Positions 1-15,925 of a stretch of DNA of 64,000 bases are shown here, in pieces (within the stretch, counting starts at the first letter, position 1; each line of letters starts with the position of its first letter). The position numbers and the translations under genes were made by a program. The DNA is from Balanoglossus misakiensis (Eukaryota; Animalia; Hemichordata): positions 4,404,156 to 4,468,155 of the forward strand of contig CM082588.2 of NCBI GenBank assembly GCA_040954595.2. Reading direction: 5' to 3'. Under the pieces are notes generated by a model. It did not search any database and was not told the origin of the DNA. It saw only the letters and a program-made list of their open reading frames with translations.

Positions 1-3000
1 CCTCTGGCGACGCCCTGACTCGGTTGCTCTCTAGATGACCTCTGAACTTAGTAATGGTGGTATAAATTACAAACCATTGCCACGACAACTGATGCATTAT
101 AGGCCAAGTAGGTGGTCAACCTTAGATACATAAATTTCCTTCAGTTTCAACATTTCACATATTCCCAGACATAAATTTCATTTCACTTGGCGGAGATAAA
201 AGGTCGTCCGGTGGTGGATATTGCCATGCAATCTGATCGCCAGCACTTACTGTGTACCTTGACTGAATACTGAGACAAACTTAAGAGTACATCACAGGTA
301 ACCAAAATGTGGAATTTAATACGGCTACTTGACTGTTCAGTCCACCGCGCAAGTTCAAAGATAAGCCAAAGAAAATACCAATTGTATTTTCAATGAAAGT
401 CATGAAATATAAACTCAGCACACGTACGAACGAATGAAACCACTTGGGGATCAGGATTTCACCTTGATCTTGCCTGGGATGTACGTGAAATGAATTGATA
501 AAGACGTGTTGTTTATTGATGATAGGAATGCCCTAGTTAGTTTGTGAGATGAAGGGTTGGAGTGGAAATTCTATAGAAATTTATAGAATGTCTATGGACA
601 TCTATAGATTTCTATGTAATTTTGGAACCTTTGTCTGTTGAATTCTATAGAAGCATCAACATTCACCGAATGCTATAGAACATTTTTTTGCATAAGGGAA
701 GAGACACATGTGCACACACACACATGGACAACTTGAAAGTCAAACGCACATTCAGGACATGAATGCCATATCTTCTCATCAAAATACTAACTAAGCTCAT
801 CCCAGGGAGATCCAGGCCACTGCGACTCAAAACGTGCTGAAGCAGCGCCGACTTTTAAATTCACACTGCGGTCATCTGTATTCTGAAGAAGACCCCTTGT
901 TACTTTGCAGCCTCACAGTGATTACACTCCCCCCACCAAAGCAATTTGTTTGCTGGGCTTAAAGGCAGCAGCCTGGCTTACAGCAAATGGATGTCCTGGT
1001 GTGGCCACAAATGCTAAGCGGGAAGATTTTAATAGTGTCATGATGATCGTAGAAATGAACCACTGACCTATAGGTCTGCTCTGGAGTGAGCATGTGGGGT
1101 CTTGTTTACTATTTTGCATATGTTGGGTTCATCCAAACAGACCATCAAGTTGAAAAACCAAACAATCTTTTTTCATTTCAAAATCCAAACCTCCATCATA
1201 AAATGACTCGCATCCGTCACGCTTCTTTTGCTTTGTTTACGGTGGCTTTGCGTGCGAAACAGTCCCTGCATCAAATTCCACCCACATTTCTGGCGAACAC
1301 TTGTCAGACATGAATATTTCATATTGTCTAGTGAGTTTTCAAGGACTGTTTTGGATGTGGGCTGGTTGAACTGAACTGATGATGGACTGGGCCCATGCTG
1401 CCAAGTGGATGGCACGTATCTGTTTATCAACACAGTTCATGCATGCAGTCAGCATTGTCATTTGTTTTGCATGATGTAGGGTGTTGAATACAGAACCTGT
1501 GGTCAACACACAGAAAAAGTTAAACTATTGAAAATTTAGCAATAAATTACAGTTATACTGTCCCCTTCACAGAACTCTGCTACAACTGCCTAATTACCTT
1601 GTACCCAAACACTCAATCCCGTACATAGTCCTACTTTACATTTTTTCTACCCCACTTTTATTTTATTTCGGCATGTAAAGGCATGATAATCCACAACCTA
1701 TGTGCAAATGAGGAAGCAATGCAATGGCAATTGTAACTCTAATCCACAATCTATGCATGGATCCGCAGCCATTGTCATCGCACACAATACCTGGTATCCA
1801 TATGAAATGGTGGTTGGCAACGTCTATTGTTACACCGCCAGCCCAACGCTCTTTATTAAAGTCATTGTTATTCCAAGCTTACAATTCCCGGCAATCTATT
1901 TGAATGGTCCCATACAGGGGCCAATTAAAATCGGAAAAGTTTGCGCCCATTTACCTGCAGGTTTCGGTGCCATGATACCCATTAAGGGTCGCCACAAACA
2001 AATGCAGATTGCGGCGGTTTGCAAATGAAGCGACTGAAACAATCACAGGAAATGAGGGATGTATTCTCGCATTGGCCAGAATCAATTAGCCACGAATGGT
2101 ACCACTACTACCCCACATGTGGTCAACTTACACAGACTAGACAATTGTTTGTAAGCGAGAACTCGACGCGAAAATATTCACACCAACATGTTCACTGAAG
2201 CGTGAGCTTGGACTTTTTTTCCCCTCCAAACCAAAGAAACTGCTTTAGAAGAAACGGGTTAAAGGGGGGTGGTATTGATGATGTAACACGACATGGCCTG
2301 CATTCACGTTTTCAATATTGAGCAGCGCAGGCAATGAACTGCACCCGTCAATCTGATTTGTTTCGGTCTGGTGCATATCAAATGCTTTCCACTTCCCCTC
2401 ATACTGCGCAGCAGAAAAATTCACCCTCATGGAAAAAGAAACACACACGATTGCCTCAATTCATTACCCTCAGCAAATGAGCCCAAATACAACTATTGTC
2501 CTCTCATAAAAACTGCCATGTAATAAAGGTTTTCACACGAAAATCTGAGCGGTCGCTAACAAATCAACCACTCTGCTAGGCTTTCACTTTAATCAGCACC
2601 CCATGACCTTGCTGTATATATAAGTTCTCCGTCGGTGAAAAAGAATAAATTCTCACATTTTATTCCCTTTCACCCTAATGAACCCAGACTCTGCAGACAT
2701 GTACAAAACGCCGTGCTAATATACTTGATAGCTCCGGTTTTCATTCGAACTTGCCCAATCCTCAACAGTCTTCGCGACCTCTGACCTATCACTACGCCTT
2801 ACACTTCGCGCCGTGGTGTGCTGATATTTCCCATCATCCATTGCATCTAACCCTGAAGAGAGATCCCCGGGCAAAATGTCAGTGTATTTTCTCCCACTGA
2901 ACCGACCTCTCTGCATGTCAGTTTACAAAACCAGACGAAAATGTTGACATCGGGTCACGATGTTTCAAAATAAAGGATCGAGAGCATTGGGAAGTCTTCA

Positions 3001-6000
3001 GCAGAAGGCTAATGATCTCTCTCTGTAGTGTTAACATTTGATAAGTCATAAACACTGGAGGCAGTCAATATAAATTATCACACAAGCAGAGGTGGCTAGC
3101 TGGCTATAAAACGACAATCGGCAAAGTGATTATTCGATCTTGCTATGTTCAGAATCTAAATACCTCCCCAACTCTGACTGTCAATAAAACAAAAAATAAG
3201 CAATGACTGAATCAGGTCAGCAGTACATCACTTAGGGAGTGAAAGTGATTACTTTTGATGACACAAATTGGCCAACAGCATAATTGCAAAATGGTACTTA
3301 AAATACAGGTCCCACAAATACAGGTATCTGGCTGTTGTTTGCTCCAGAATAATACAAATATTATCCGAGTTCAATATTATCCAGGGAAGAGCAAAATGAA
3401 TTCATCTTCCTTTCCTAGCCGGATGTGACCAGATAATTAATTGAGCAGTATCATCTCAGTGATGGATATTCCGGCTTTTTTTCCAGATAGTCAGTAGGGT
3501 GACGATTCAATTTAGATCGGGAGTCGGTTTGACAGTTGACTGAAAGAGCAAACGTACACACATTTAAGGGTTTTCTGAGAATTCCCAGAACAATCACTGC
3601 AGTGAAAAGTGAAAAAGGGGGTGGATCACAGATCTATGCCTCGGCATTCCCCGGGTATTCCTTGCTTTTTACTGGATCACTCCACTGGTCTTTATTCCGA
3701 AACACAGCACAACCTCTCGGAAGTGATATTCACCGGGGGGAAAAGTCAGAAATGCACGGAAAGAGAAAGGGATACAATGCCTGAACGCTCCCAGACATCA
3801 ACCAAGCCTGTACTCAACCTAGAAATCTGGCGAAACGCCATATGGGAGCAGGGAACTGAAGAAAACAGATGATAAGACAGTTTCCATGGCAACAGTTATT
3901 TCTTTCCCTCTTTTAAGAGGTGTCCCACTTGTACAAATGCCTGATGGCAACATCTGGTAGAGCTACTGTGTGCACATGTTATCTCCGCAAGATTCGGATA
4001 ACACAAAGTGTACCTTCCAGAATTTCCAAATCTGAACTACATGTACGTTCACCCGAATCTCACCAGACTATCTCTTTCTCCAAATTCCACCCGGGCGTTG
4101 AGCCATCCGATCATGTTTTCATCACCAAATTCCACAAGCTGAGCAAGCCATCACCATTTTTTTCTGTGTTGTATATAACTTACCGCTCTTCTGGGAAACA
4201 CAAAATGACCAACCTACTTACATCTCTTTGCCATCTCGTAACTCCTGGAAATAAGTTACTCGCTGCACTAAATCTTAATGGGTCACTTTTCCTTCCTCAC
4301 AAAATTTCCACGATAAATTTTCAGTTGAACGGCCTTCTAATGGAAATCTTTTGACTCGTATACTGTAGACACTAGCAAACAGCAACACTGTGGACAGCAA
4401 AAGATCATTGTTGCAATAAAAATTCTATTTAAGCTGCGAGTGTGACTCTCGCAACTTGTTATTCCAAACAAAAAATGGCCACTTTTACCAGTTTTCAGTA
4501 CGACTGCTTTCGAACGTTCCTTTGTCGAGATTCAATGACTATTAATGAAATCAAGTCACACTCGGCTGAAAAATTGTACAGCCATTCGAAGGGTGCATGA
4601 ATTAAAAAGCTTTCAAACTCCACGTCTAATTACAGTAATCCGTTTTCGATTAAACAGGAAGGCTGTATTCATTGTGGGTTGTTTTGTAAAAAATACAGTA
4701 TAAACAGAGGACACTGTAACTCTAATGAAATGATACTAAATTGGTAATCTGTTTCCTTCATGACTCACAAGTTGACAAGATACAGAATGTGTTTCTGAAA
4801 TCCATCCATTTTGGTTCTGTTTTGAGAGAATATGTGTTCACTGTAGGCTCAAAACCATCAAAATTCACACAAACTGACTGTAAGTTCGATGTTTAGTGCG
4901 TAAATGTTGGGTTTTGTGACAGGAGCTAGGAGGTTGACGATCGCAAACAACTTTGGCAAGAAGCCTAAAACTGAAACTGTAGACAAATTCTTGCAGAGAA
5001 CAGCTGCTCTTTGAAGCTTCACAACACTCATCCGATTAATTATCCGGACAGCAAACTAATCGGCCAATTTGCTGACCATATTGAGGCTGCCTAAAATTAC
5101 ATGTAACAAGATACTTTTTTTATTTCTGCAAGAAAATGAGATCGGGACATCCAACAGCAGTTTTGAGTGATGGTGTACGTATATTGCCACCCATCAGGCA
5201 AGTTTGCCAGATCCACTCTCGAAAATGAATTTTTATAGTTTAGTCCAAAGGTGAAAGAACTGTACCCACATCCGCAGACAGTAAACATCCCTTCAGACAA
5301 GATAGAAACATAATAGACATATTGTGAACAACTCTGGAATACGGTGAAGCATCAAGATGCCAAACTCAACCCCTTCAGGGCAACACGCACAGAAAACACT
5401 GCTCTCTTATGTAACAAAGTAACATTTGGTTGCAAGTCTTTACAAGTACGGCCAAACCGGTAAAGAGATCAAAAACACTCCAAAAAATTCCACTGATGTC
5501 CACGATTCAGTTTTGAATTGGGATTTCGCATCGTAACAATGGAAAGTCTACCCCCACTGAGACCATTGTTTTTACATCAGGAGCGGATTCTAAAGCTGTT
5601 TGCACTTTGGTTGTAATTCCAACTCATTTGTTTCAAAACCCATCCCTGACTTTTGGCATCTAAACATCATGTTTAAACACGCTTTTGTTTATGTGAAAGT
5701 GTCCGCATAAATTCTGTTGACCAGGGTGCTGTATTTATAATTTCAGTAACACAATAAACTACTGGAATCTTGAACTTCAAACATAAACGACAGTTGACTG
5801 ATTCACTGCGCTTCCCACTGGTTTGTTACTGTTTTAGTAAATTTACAAAAAAAGGTTTGAGCCCCTAAAGCAGTTTTCCCATGATGCAGCACAAAAAGTC
5901 ATCAATCATAGATTTACTGAAAGCATAACATTCTGGGGGGTTTTCTTGTAATTTTAGGCATGTTACAAGTACTAGCACAGATACCTTTCACGTATGCATA

Positions 6001-9000
6001 CCACTTGTATAGCTCGAAGTTACAATTCTTTAATCTGCACACAAGCTGCAAAATTTCCCCTCCATTAACCCTTGATACTGACTTCAGGTGTATGCACATA
6101 TTTTTTGTAACACAGGACGCTCCCTCTCGAATTGCTAGGGATTCATCCCGGAAATTATTTGTACACTACGACTCCTGTCAAATCTTAGCGACTGCCTGCG
6201 CTACAAGGATTCAACTTTCACATTTTGGAAACGAACTCGAGTGGGCGAGAGACAACATCAGCAGCAACACATCCCCCTTCCTACACAACTGGTCACAGTA
6301 ACCTCCAAACAGTTCCCGTCAATTTGCTAAATTGAACACACTGTCATAATAAACTATGAAACATTCACTGATAAATAATACCCATAATCTAGAATGTTTT
6401 ACCGACTCGCTTTAAATTAGCTGGGCTTATCTAAATCCCATGTATATGCACTCAGATCTAAATATAGTGGGGGTCAAAATCCGAAGGAAAAATAAATTTC
6501 TTGGCAAGAGTCCTGATGTCTGATAATCATTCATAAATGCACCTCCACCCATCAAATACAACTTTAAGGAAGCATCAAGCCATCAAATCAGACTAACAAG
6601 TAAAATTATTCCCATAATATACAGACCCAGGAACCAATCCATCATGTTGGATGACAATGCCACATTTCATCTCCGAGTTAATGGATATTTTAAATATGTT
6701 AGAGGAAATGTTGGGACGGAGGACTTGAGGACTTATTTCCATCTTGCGCAATAAAACTTCAGCTGACGTACTCTGCTGCTTGCGATTTCAGGGTCTGTGA
6801 ACTAAAAGTGTTTTTTTTTTTATGAATTGCAGACTGCGGAATGATGAGAGAGATTTTGCACACGTCAGATATGGTAGATGTACGACACCAATCTGGTGGG
6901 TGTTAAGTATTAAGTATGCATCGATGCTAGCCATGCAATTCAACTGGTTTTGACTGTCTATCTGATAATCTATCACTGCGTGGGATGTCCCTGTCTCCAT
7001 TTTAGAGTCGTGCTTCAAACAACCGAAAATTCTTTTAAAATAATGTGTGCAATTCTTCCGTGGTCGACTACAAACGAACATTCTTCAAAGATTCTTGACA
7101 CACAATGCAAATCTGTGGTTTACTTGGACATTCATAAAACACTTTGAGGCGCAGAAACAGTAATCTCCATAAAGTCACTCATAACATTTTACTGTTCCTG
7201 TTACTAGTAAACATGACATTAAAAGTTACGGTTCCACATGTTACCAAGCAACCGAGGAGCAATAAAAGGTCGCCTTTAGTCAGCAGTCACTGAATGAGAA
7301 CTTTGGTTCAAATTTGCCGTTTTAGAATGGGTGTTTTACATAGGGCAGAGGGACCTGTATTTGTGTATTGTCCAGTTGCTCTCGTAAGTCTAATGATAGA
7401 GTTGTTGGTAACAAGTTCATCCATGCATTACCATTGATTACAGTCAGTCCTCAAACAAGATTTTGGAATCTTCCATCACTAATTGGCCTTTCCATACAAT
7501 CTGATGAATTGATTGTGATTTACAACGGAATAAAAGATGTAGGATATGTTCCGACTGCATCAATATGGGAATAGAAACCGTGATCTCCGGGAATGGGCCC
7601 TGTGGAATGGTTCTATACTATACAACCTCGAATCTGACCCTTTGATGTGTTCGTGCGACCTCACGGAATGGTCCTTGCGGAATACCTAAACTCTAAACCT
7701 GACCTGACATTGCAGCAAATGGCTCATCTGACAGATCCTGTTTGGAACCTGCTGAATTGATCACAAGAATCAAAGGCTTTTGTGTATGCACGGATTCTGA
7801 GCGAGAGTATAATTTCCAGTAAGTGTGTTTATAATTACATGTTTGCCAAGCACCAGCACTATGCGTTCGATTAAGGTCAAAGCACTTCTGCAAATTCTGT
7901 GCGTCTATCTACCCTTAGCTGAGATGCGCTATGTTAGACTGTAAAATAAATAGACACTTTGTATTGAACTGACTGATCTGGATAAACACAGCTTGGCTGG
8001 CAAAGATGTAAAATTTGTGTTAAATTTTTAAACAACTTCATAAGTCACGTCAACAGTCCAACATTTTATTACAGTACAACTGAACAATAACAGGACGGGT
8101 CCAGACTAAGTTTGCACCCTCATCTTGCTGGAACACTTTAAGATGAAATGGCATCTCCAGTGTAGCCAAAAAATCATTCCATCACAAAATACCACCACCT
8201 TAAAATACAGAGAAAAAGAGTCGGGGTGGAAAAGGGGAATTAATGGCCGGGTCTTACAAGGTCACTTAACAAGCAGACAGGAATAAAAACAAACCCTACC
8301 AGTCACTTCAATTGCCACTGTAAATCACCCTGTCAGGTTTAAAAAACGCGGTCACTTATGACTGCATTTCCTCTCCCACTGCAAACACAGCACTGGCCCC
8401 TGTGTGTATAAAACCTTCTCCGCTCTCCAAGTTTGACGGGTAAACACAGAAGTAGAATTCTTCAAACTCTGCTCATTACTTACCCAGCTCATAGTAATTA
8501 CAGATCTGCACCTTAATAAGCTCGTAATTTCAAAATCAAATTTACAACACCAGACACAAATTTCGATTGCTTTGAAAGATGCTGTCAATCACGTTTCGTC
8601 GTAACAGTAGCTGATACTTGCAACATCATCCTTGAGTTTTATTCAGCATGATATAATCCGTTTATGTTTACATATGGAAATGTGTTCCATTTTGAGTAAA
8701 ACAGGGCCATGAATGAGTGAATCACATATATCTAATTTAACATTGGCCTCAAGGTTTCCCACTATTACTGGAAATTCTGTTTCCGCGAAACAAGCATGGC
8801 CAATTTAGCAATAACGCTTTCACGTCTCTTTCACGCATTATTTGAGAAAGGCCTCGTTATTGCAAGAATTCAGGACAGAATCCCGTATTTCTGCAGTTAA
8901 TAAATGTATTGCATTTCTAAAAAGATTCTCCGATAGTTATAAACTAAAATTACCCGGAGCACAAGGATACCAAATTGGAAATTATAGAGCAGTTTTTTCC

Positions 9001-9602
9001 TCGTTATGTGTCAGAGTCTGGTTTCAAACGGCGCCATCCAATCTACTAAGTGTGAGAAACAGCAATGAATGTGTGAAAGTCATCTTCTGCAGACATTTCA
9101 TCACTTGACTTTATGTTCAGTTCCGACAGTACAGAATACAACTTCACAGCATGAGATCAGAATCTTCTGTCGACCCCCGTCCAATCTTTCACCAAAGGCA
9201 GTTTCTCAATCGATCAAACTGTGTCTCCATTGATCAGACTTTTACAAATTATTTATATTTGATAGAATGTGTGGGTTGTCCATGTCACAAAACGTTATCA
9301 CATTTTATAACTTGCTTATTTCACATTTACTCATTAATCATGAATTTCATACAAATTTCAGTTTTCTTGTTTTTCTCTGAAACAAGGAAGTGGATTAAAT
9401 AATTACAAATGAACATAAATTATATTGTGACATTGTGTTCAAGAATCTACCCGGAGTGTTTTTGTGTTCTGAGCCTACATGTATGTGGCTTCACTGAACG
9501 TGAAAAACAACTGGCTAGACTCTTGACCAGCAATAAACTAACAACGATCTATTTTCTTTAGAGAAGAGAAGATGGCTGCCATGATTTCACCAGTCTACTT
9601 AC

Positions 9603-9727
9603 GTCTGGGTACTCTTTAACGGGAACATAGAGCTTTTCCGAAAGCTGGACTACCGGGCCTGCTGGGTCTGGAAGTTTATCCTGCACACCTAATACTGGGA
9701 ATAACGTCGCTCTGACACGGCTGATTT
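9603..9727 (-). CDS. QKI: Quaking coding exon 2 (QUA1 end, linker, start of KH domain); not in the ORF track
   Basis: Polypyrimidine tract plus CAG acceptor (9728-9730); phase matches exon 1. Reads (E)ISRVRATLFPVLGVQDKLPDPAGPVVQLSEKLYVPVKEYPD, then a GTAAGT donor. EISRVR and EKLYVPVKEYPD are QKI hallmarks. I did not find the next exon (FNFVGRILGPRG) in 1-9602, so it probably lies left of the window. Confidence 0.95.
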
Positions 9728-12265
9728 CTGAGGAGAGAAAAAAAGGAAAAGATACCGGAATTGGGATTAGAGCCGGAAAAATACGAAACAGACATTACAG
9801 ATGCTCTTTATCAAAAATAGAACAGTGAGATTTCAAACATAATAAATTTGAGAAAAATTATGTTTCGGCTGTAAATAAAGTCACAGAAAAACAATATTGG
9901 CACGTTTTTGTGTAATTACAGTTTTTAGGAGCATAATCGTTGCTAATCATCAGTTAGTAAGAGCTCTCTTTGACTGGAAGCAGTACTAGCCACCTGGGAA
10001 CTGTCTACAAGTCAGTTTTATAAAACCATTACATGACCATGTCTCCAAGGAACCATTATCATTTATTTTATGGCATTCTTATTCACTTCACGATGGACGT
10101 TAATTTGACTGAATTTTAAACAAGCTACCTAAAATAGCAGAATTTTTTTTTTTTGGGGGGGGGGGGGGATTTGGGGGTCACAATACACTGATCCCACAAA
10201 TTTTTATCTGATGACGTAGATTCATGATTGCGAGTGTAGCCGAGGGAAGATGAACTTGGAATTTTATCGATACGGTCGCCCAAGATATTACGCATTCACA
10301 GAGAGGCCTAAGGGATGTCAGCTATAAAACACACAATCATATCTTACGAAAATCCCAATATTGATTCCCTCTCCTATCCTTTGATCCAATTAATAAATAT
10401 CAAAATATGTACAGTTTATAATTGTCGATGGAACAACATCTGGAACTGCATATGACATTAATTTCCATTGAAGCCATCCATGTTATCCAAATAACCCCTG
10501 AACTTGGCTTATCAATGCTGAAATTGAAAAAGTACAAAGCTCTCGGTCTCAGAATAGAAACCCATTTTCAAGGATTATCTCCGAACTGCCAAGAAAATCA
10601 TATTTTATGGGATTATTCCCAATCTGCCAGTTTGCAGCGGTTTCCGATTATTTGTATCCTATGTAACATGACACAATACAACATTTTTTGTCCTTTTTTC
10701 GAAAGTTTTAATATAATTATAAAGGAAGCTGCCTTATATATATGCATTGAGTAGAAATGTCGATAGTTTTTTTACATAACAATCTGTGCGTTTTATATCC
10801 ACGTATGACACACAATAGGACAAATTAAAATGAAAATCTTGCTGAGTTATCTTGGGTGATGTTGACATGAATAGGGGAAGGCCTGATCAACCAATTTCGG
10901 CACAGGTCGCAGAACACAAATCAAGGCATTACCCAACTGAATAAATGAACAGACTTTTTACCCAGTAACGAACATTGATCGGCGAAGCAATAGAAATCCA
11001 ATTAAATGGAAAACAATAACAGCAAAGTGTTTTGTAGATGTCCGTGTCTCAAATGGGTATTGATCCAAAATACATTTTATTTTCGCTCTTAGATTTTTAT
11101 TAGCGGTCTTATGCTGGACGTATCTCCAGTACCAGCTACGGTCCCGGTGATTATAACAGCTGACCTCTAGGCTGTACCAGTTACTAGCAGCGTGCTTTTA
11201 TACTGACCTCCTAACTTGTGTTGTGGTGTGGTGTTAATCAGTTCTCAATACAAGATCCCCTTCCACACCCTATGTTCAATCTCGGGCGCACAATAGAGGG
11301 GTCAAAAGTGACCATTCTTTGGATTATTTCAAAACCTTGAACAGTAAAAAAGTAAATGCCATTTCTTTTCTCTTCTGATGATAAAAAAAATCCCCGCATA
11401 GCTGTTCCTAAATCCCATATATATATCACAACTGAGCTGTTTTGCGGCAATGATTCGTTTCTGGTGGCACTTCTTCGTGGCTTCTGGTAAAAAGGAAAAT
11501 TAAAAGCGTAATATGCCCGTGGCGAGTATGAATACTGTATGTGTTGGACTGCCTGCAGGTACCTACATTGTCAGACACAAGGTACAATCACTAAGCTCAG
11601 CTAGCGTTCAGGTGTCATTCAGAGGATCTGTGCGTCCGTAGGTTAGTCTGTAATGGGCTCGGAGAATAATCTCTGATTATACCGAAGACTAAACACCAAG
11701 TGACTGGCGGTGATACACTAGCATATAACTGAATGCGATATTGCCAACAGAAACACGAGATGACCAGAAACACTTTCACGTCACATGAATTGGAAATAGA
11801 CTTCCCCTTCCAACAAGCTTTAATCAGAGGGCGAAACTTGTCGCGAAGGTTTATAACTAACAGAGGCCAAATAATGAAATGCAAAGCCCACCACCAAGAT
11901 CACTGGGGCAAGAGAGGTGTTGATGGGTGTCTGGGGCACATACTGTACTTTCACACAATATGTGCCATAATCAAGCCTGTCAAAATCACATACAATGAGC
12001 AAGAAACCGTTTGAGAAGACATCTGCACTGAGATATTTAGTGCAAGGTTCACACCATCCATTATCTTCAGGTTGAACCTCAGTGAGACCAGTCATCATTG
12101 GTAATGGTCTTGTTTGCTGTCACTTTTCTCCTTGGTTGTTTATAAGGTTCAGATGATTTGTACTGTCAAGGGCAGATGCTGTCCAACAAACAAGTGGCGT
12201 GACAAAACCCAGAGTTTTTATGGCCAATCAATTTCAGTTGATGAATTGCCCACAGTTCAACTAAA

Positions 12266-12290
12266 CCCCCCCCCCCCCCCCCCCCCCCCC
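12266..12290. repeat. Poly-C homopolymer, ~25 nt
   Basis: Directly visible; explains the poly-Pro and poly-Gly ORFs in the track. Confidence 0.9.
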
Positions 12291-15200
12291 GAGAAATGGA
12301 CCACAGCCATGGCTCAAGTGTCTGTGCAGGCATCATCCACAGATTCATTGCAAAGTTTGACGAGCACCTGTTGTGTGTCCTACAAATGTTCCTTCAGCAG
12401 ATACAAAATCGGGTCTCAGAATGAATATCTCCAAACACCTTAACCAAATGCTACGCCTAGTATTATGGTGGTTGTTGGCTCAAGTTTGGGGTCATCGGAG
12501 CCCATGGTTTGTGAACTTGAACATTGACACTGCACTCAGACAGCAAGACTCCATTGATATTCCAAGGGAAATCCTGGTAAATGACTGGAAAATCACCGCC
12601 ATAAAATTACACTGCTATAAACCTCCCACTCCAGCTTTAACAGATGGCACAGTTTACTTCAAACCATTAACAATGTTATGAACTAATAAACATCACTTTT
12701 ATATGGTAAACAAAAGAGATAAATGTTTAGTAAAGATGACAATGGCCCGAGATTTATGGCTTTGCAAAGGAATTTTGACAATGTCAAGTATCTGAAATAT
12801 TCTCAAAAATGTGAAATAGTTCCGCTTGTATCATCACTCATTCCTTCCTCAATAGAAACTGAACATTCTGAACAGAGAATTTTCTTACAAAGCTTGGATA
12901 TGGAGAATTCACATGGGGGTGTTTATTATGATCAGTACTGACAATAGCAGATGGGGTAAGCAGCTGATCTGAAGAGCAGAGCTGTGTTTAGGGACCCTCC
13001 ATCTGCCATGCGATACTGTCATCATCTGAATGCAGAGAGGAAAGAAGAGACGAGCTAGGGTCCTTTGCGTGTCCAGTATTTTATATCTGATTCACGACAA
13101 CTGAATGCTATGTACAGATCGAGAGGAAAGCTTACAAGCCAGGGGTGCCAGTGATGATTTTTTTTCAGTGAGTTAGGGAGATTTTAACATTTTCTTTATC
13201 TACATATGTACCCCTGGCTTACTGATTTAAAAACCGGAAGGGGTTTTCAGAAAAGCACATATTTTGTAGTCATGAGTACGTAATTTTTTTCCAATAGGGA
13301 CCACATTTTTTTTTCAGTTAACAGTGAAGACACAGGCTTTAAATGCAGAATAACCTCTTTAGGCCATTTTTCAATGTTCATTTAAAGCATGAAAAATCTA
13401 TTCTGCTGTCATGTATACACACGCAGGCACAAAGGTACAGTGTATAAAGCAAAGAGTGTACAAACAATGGAAACCTATCAGAGACAGTGACACCAGAGAT
13501 CATCATTGATATTCAATGCATGTATACACAAAGTGCCGCTGTTACACGCAGAATGACAATTACAGCCTTGTTGTAGCGAAGCAAAGCAAACTAGGACAAG
13601 CCTAAGCAGCAGATTCTCGCTGTAATGTGAATACTACGTTACAACTAGATCTTGCCTGCAAGCTACTGTCAACTGAGATACGCTTCGCTATGACAACAAA
13701 GTGTCTTAGCGTCTTGTTCGTCCGACGGTTACAAAAGAAAAATTCACAATCTTCAGAACTCTGAATAGCTGATTTTTCTTTATCTGCGTGTACATGCTTG
13801 AGAGCGTGACAACTCGAGTGGGGGACAACACATCCATATTTCATTTTCGTTACAACAAAGCTTGGCATTAAGATCTATACACAGGATCACTTTCCCCGGA
13901 CCGTTTTCGATGATTAAGTCAACCCTTGTAAACAGACATCCAAGCCTTCAATCCATCACACGGCCGTTCGGTGTTTATAACAGCAGACCATACTGAGTCT
14001 ACTCTAACTACCCTGACGACGAGGTCATATTTATCAAAGTAGATGACCACACATAAAGAAGATACTAACATTTTTCCCCCCGAACACATCGGCAGCCATT
14101 TCTCAATGACAGATAGGTTAGGGTTAGACTAGGAATTATGTTCCAATGGCAACAATACTGTAGCCCTGGAACTATGCATATCAGTTTTCACCATCTAGCT
14201 TTTTTTAGATCTTTGATTTGGCAAACTGAAGTTAGCACCTAGTCTCATCTGACATTCTTGCTAAAGACATCCTCTCTTACTTCAATAACGAAAAAGTCTG
14301 ATTTCTTCATTATTGAAGTACTTCAGCAAAATACGATCCGACCAACATCTTTTCAGCAACTTGATAGTAAAATAATTTGGGGTGGAAATTATGACATGGC
14401 ATCCTTTAGTCACAAACCTGAGGCTGGTTGTCAAGTTCAAACACAAAACTCAGGTGAGTAGTTGAACTAACATTCCTAACGATTCAGGTTTTGCATTTTT
14501 TTGCAAGCTGAAAGAAAAATGTTGGTTATATAATGAGCATTGTCAATGCATTACAATGGGTTGTAATGTTATTACTTGGCATAGTTAACCAGCCTTAAGG
14601 GTGTTGGCTCTTACAACTCATAGATGGGCGCACTTAACAATGTGTCCAAAAAAAATCACCACAGGAACACCGGTGGAGGGCAAACATAACGCATTGAGGA
14701 AAAGTACAGGCACTTTTGCATCTTGCAATAAGAGCACAGACCAGTAAACATCCCAATTACCCCATCAATAACACCACCACCGAACAACAAACCCATTCAA
14801 CTTGCGATTTTTCTATCAAGCGATTCTCAAAAACCCGCACACAACCGGGGCTTATTTTTGTTCACACGCAACAGATCAACAACAATTGTGATGTATTTAT
14901 CTTTCCTCCAATTGTCAAGCTGGCTCTCGAGCATGCATGGTATGGGCCGTCGTCTCAATGGCGGACACAAGTGTTTACACGTCCATCAAAACCCCGCCGC
15001 TAACTACAGGTAGCAATTGTTCCATCGGCCATCCACTTCACCGACTATACAACTGAGGGGACGAGCGAAACAAGCAGGTCGGCACGTTTGTGGAGGGCTG
15101 TTTGCTTTCAGTGTCAAAACTTGTCTAAAGACATTCAGGTGTGTGCTGTGCATACACGATGGGACAACGCAGCCTTGCAGGTGAGAAGTCGGACTTTGGC

Positions 15201-15925
15201 AATGACGGATGGAGTTATGCTATACAGAAATTCCATGAAACGTCGTTCAACCGTAAACTTTTATACTTTGCAGGCCCATCAAAAGTGGTTTTTTTTCCAA
15301 TAAACGTGCAAGAACAGAAATTACCATGGCAACGAGGCGACTGACTACCCATCATGCCCTTAACATCAGCCAGGCTCGCTTCTTCCTTCCTTGACATGTG
15401 CGTGTATGGGGACAGAAAACACTCTTGGAAATCACTAAGTGAAGTGTACACACCCTTCTGTGCAGATTGATTTAATTGGCAATGACGGTCATGTCAACCA
15501 TGAATGCACAGTTGGTGACAAAACTCAAAAGCTGCAGATTTTCCCCCGCTTTCTTTCATGCCCTGACGATCTCTTCAAGAAATACGTCAAACTTCAACTG
15601 AGAATACCTGGTGACAGTCACTCAATAAAAACCCTCTCACTTCCCAAACAGAGCAGCAATTCCGCGACATACTTTTCATTCACTCGTTCAAATTGAACAG
15701 AATGGATCGCGGCCATTGATTCATTGTAGTTGCATGTACGGGCATTTTCACCCTGTCGTGTCTCCCTTCTCCGACAATCACTGACAAGCCACTTCACCTG
15801 CTAACGTAATCAAGTCAGGAAAGAGGCACACGACGGGAGCGATCGAAGGCACGACGTGACGATGCAGGAAATTAGCGCCAAAAAAACCGCTGGATGCAAA
15901 TAATTTGGGCACAGTCAATCAAACC

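Noticed and set aside
565-700. CTATAG-rich patch with short dyads
   Set aside because: Probably a remnant of a small repeat, but no matching second terminus or TSD could be defined.
1-9602. Short ORFs in QKI intron 2, and a search for QKI exon 3
   Set aside because: No recognisable domains and no FNFVGRILGPRG-type exon seen by eye; treated as intron.
14116-14127. GGTTAGGGTTAG telomere-like motif
   Set aside because: Only two units; expected by chance.
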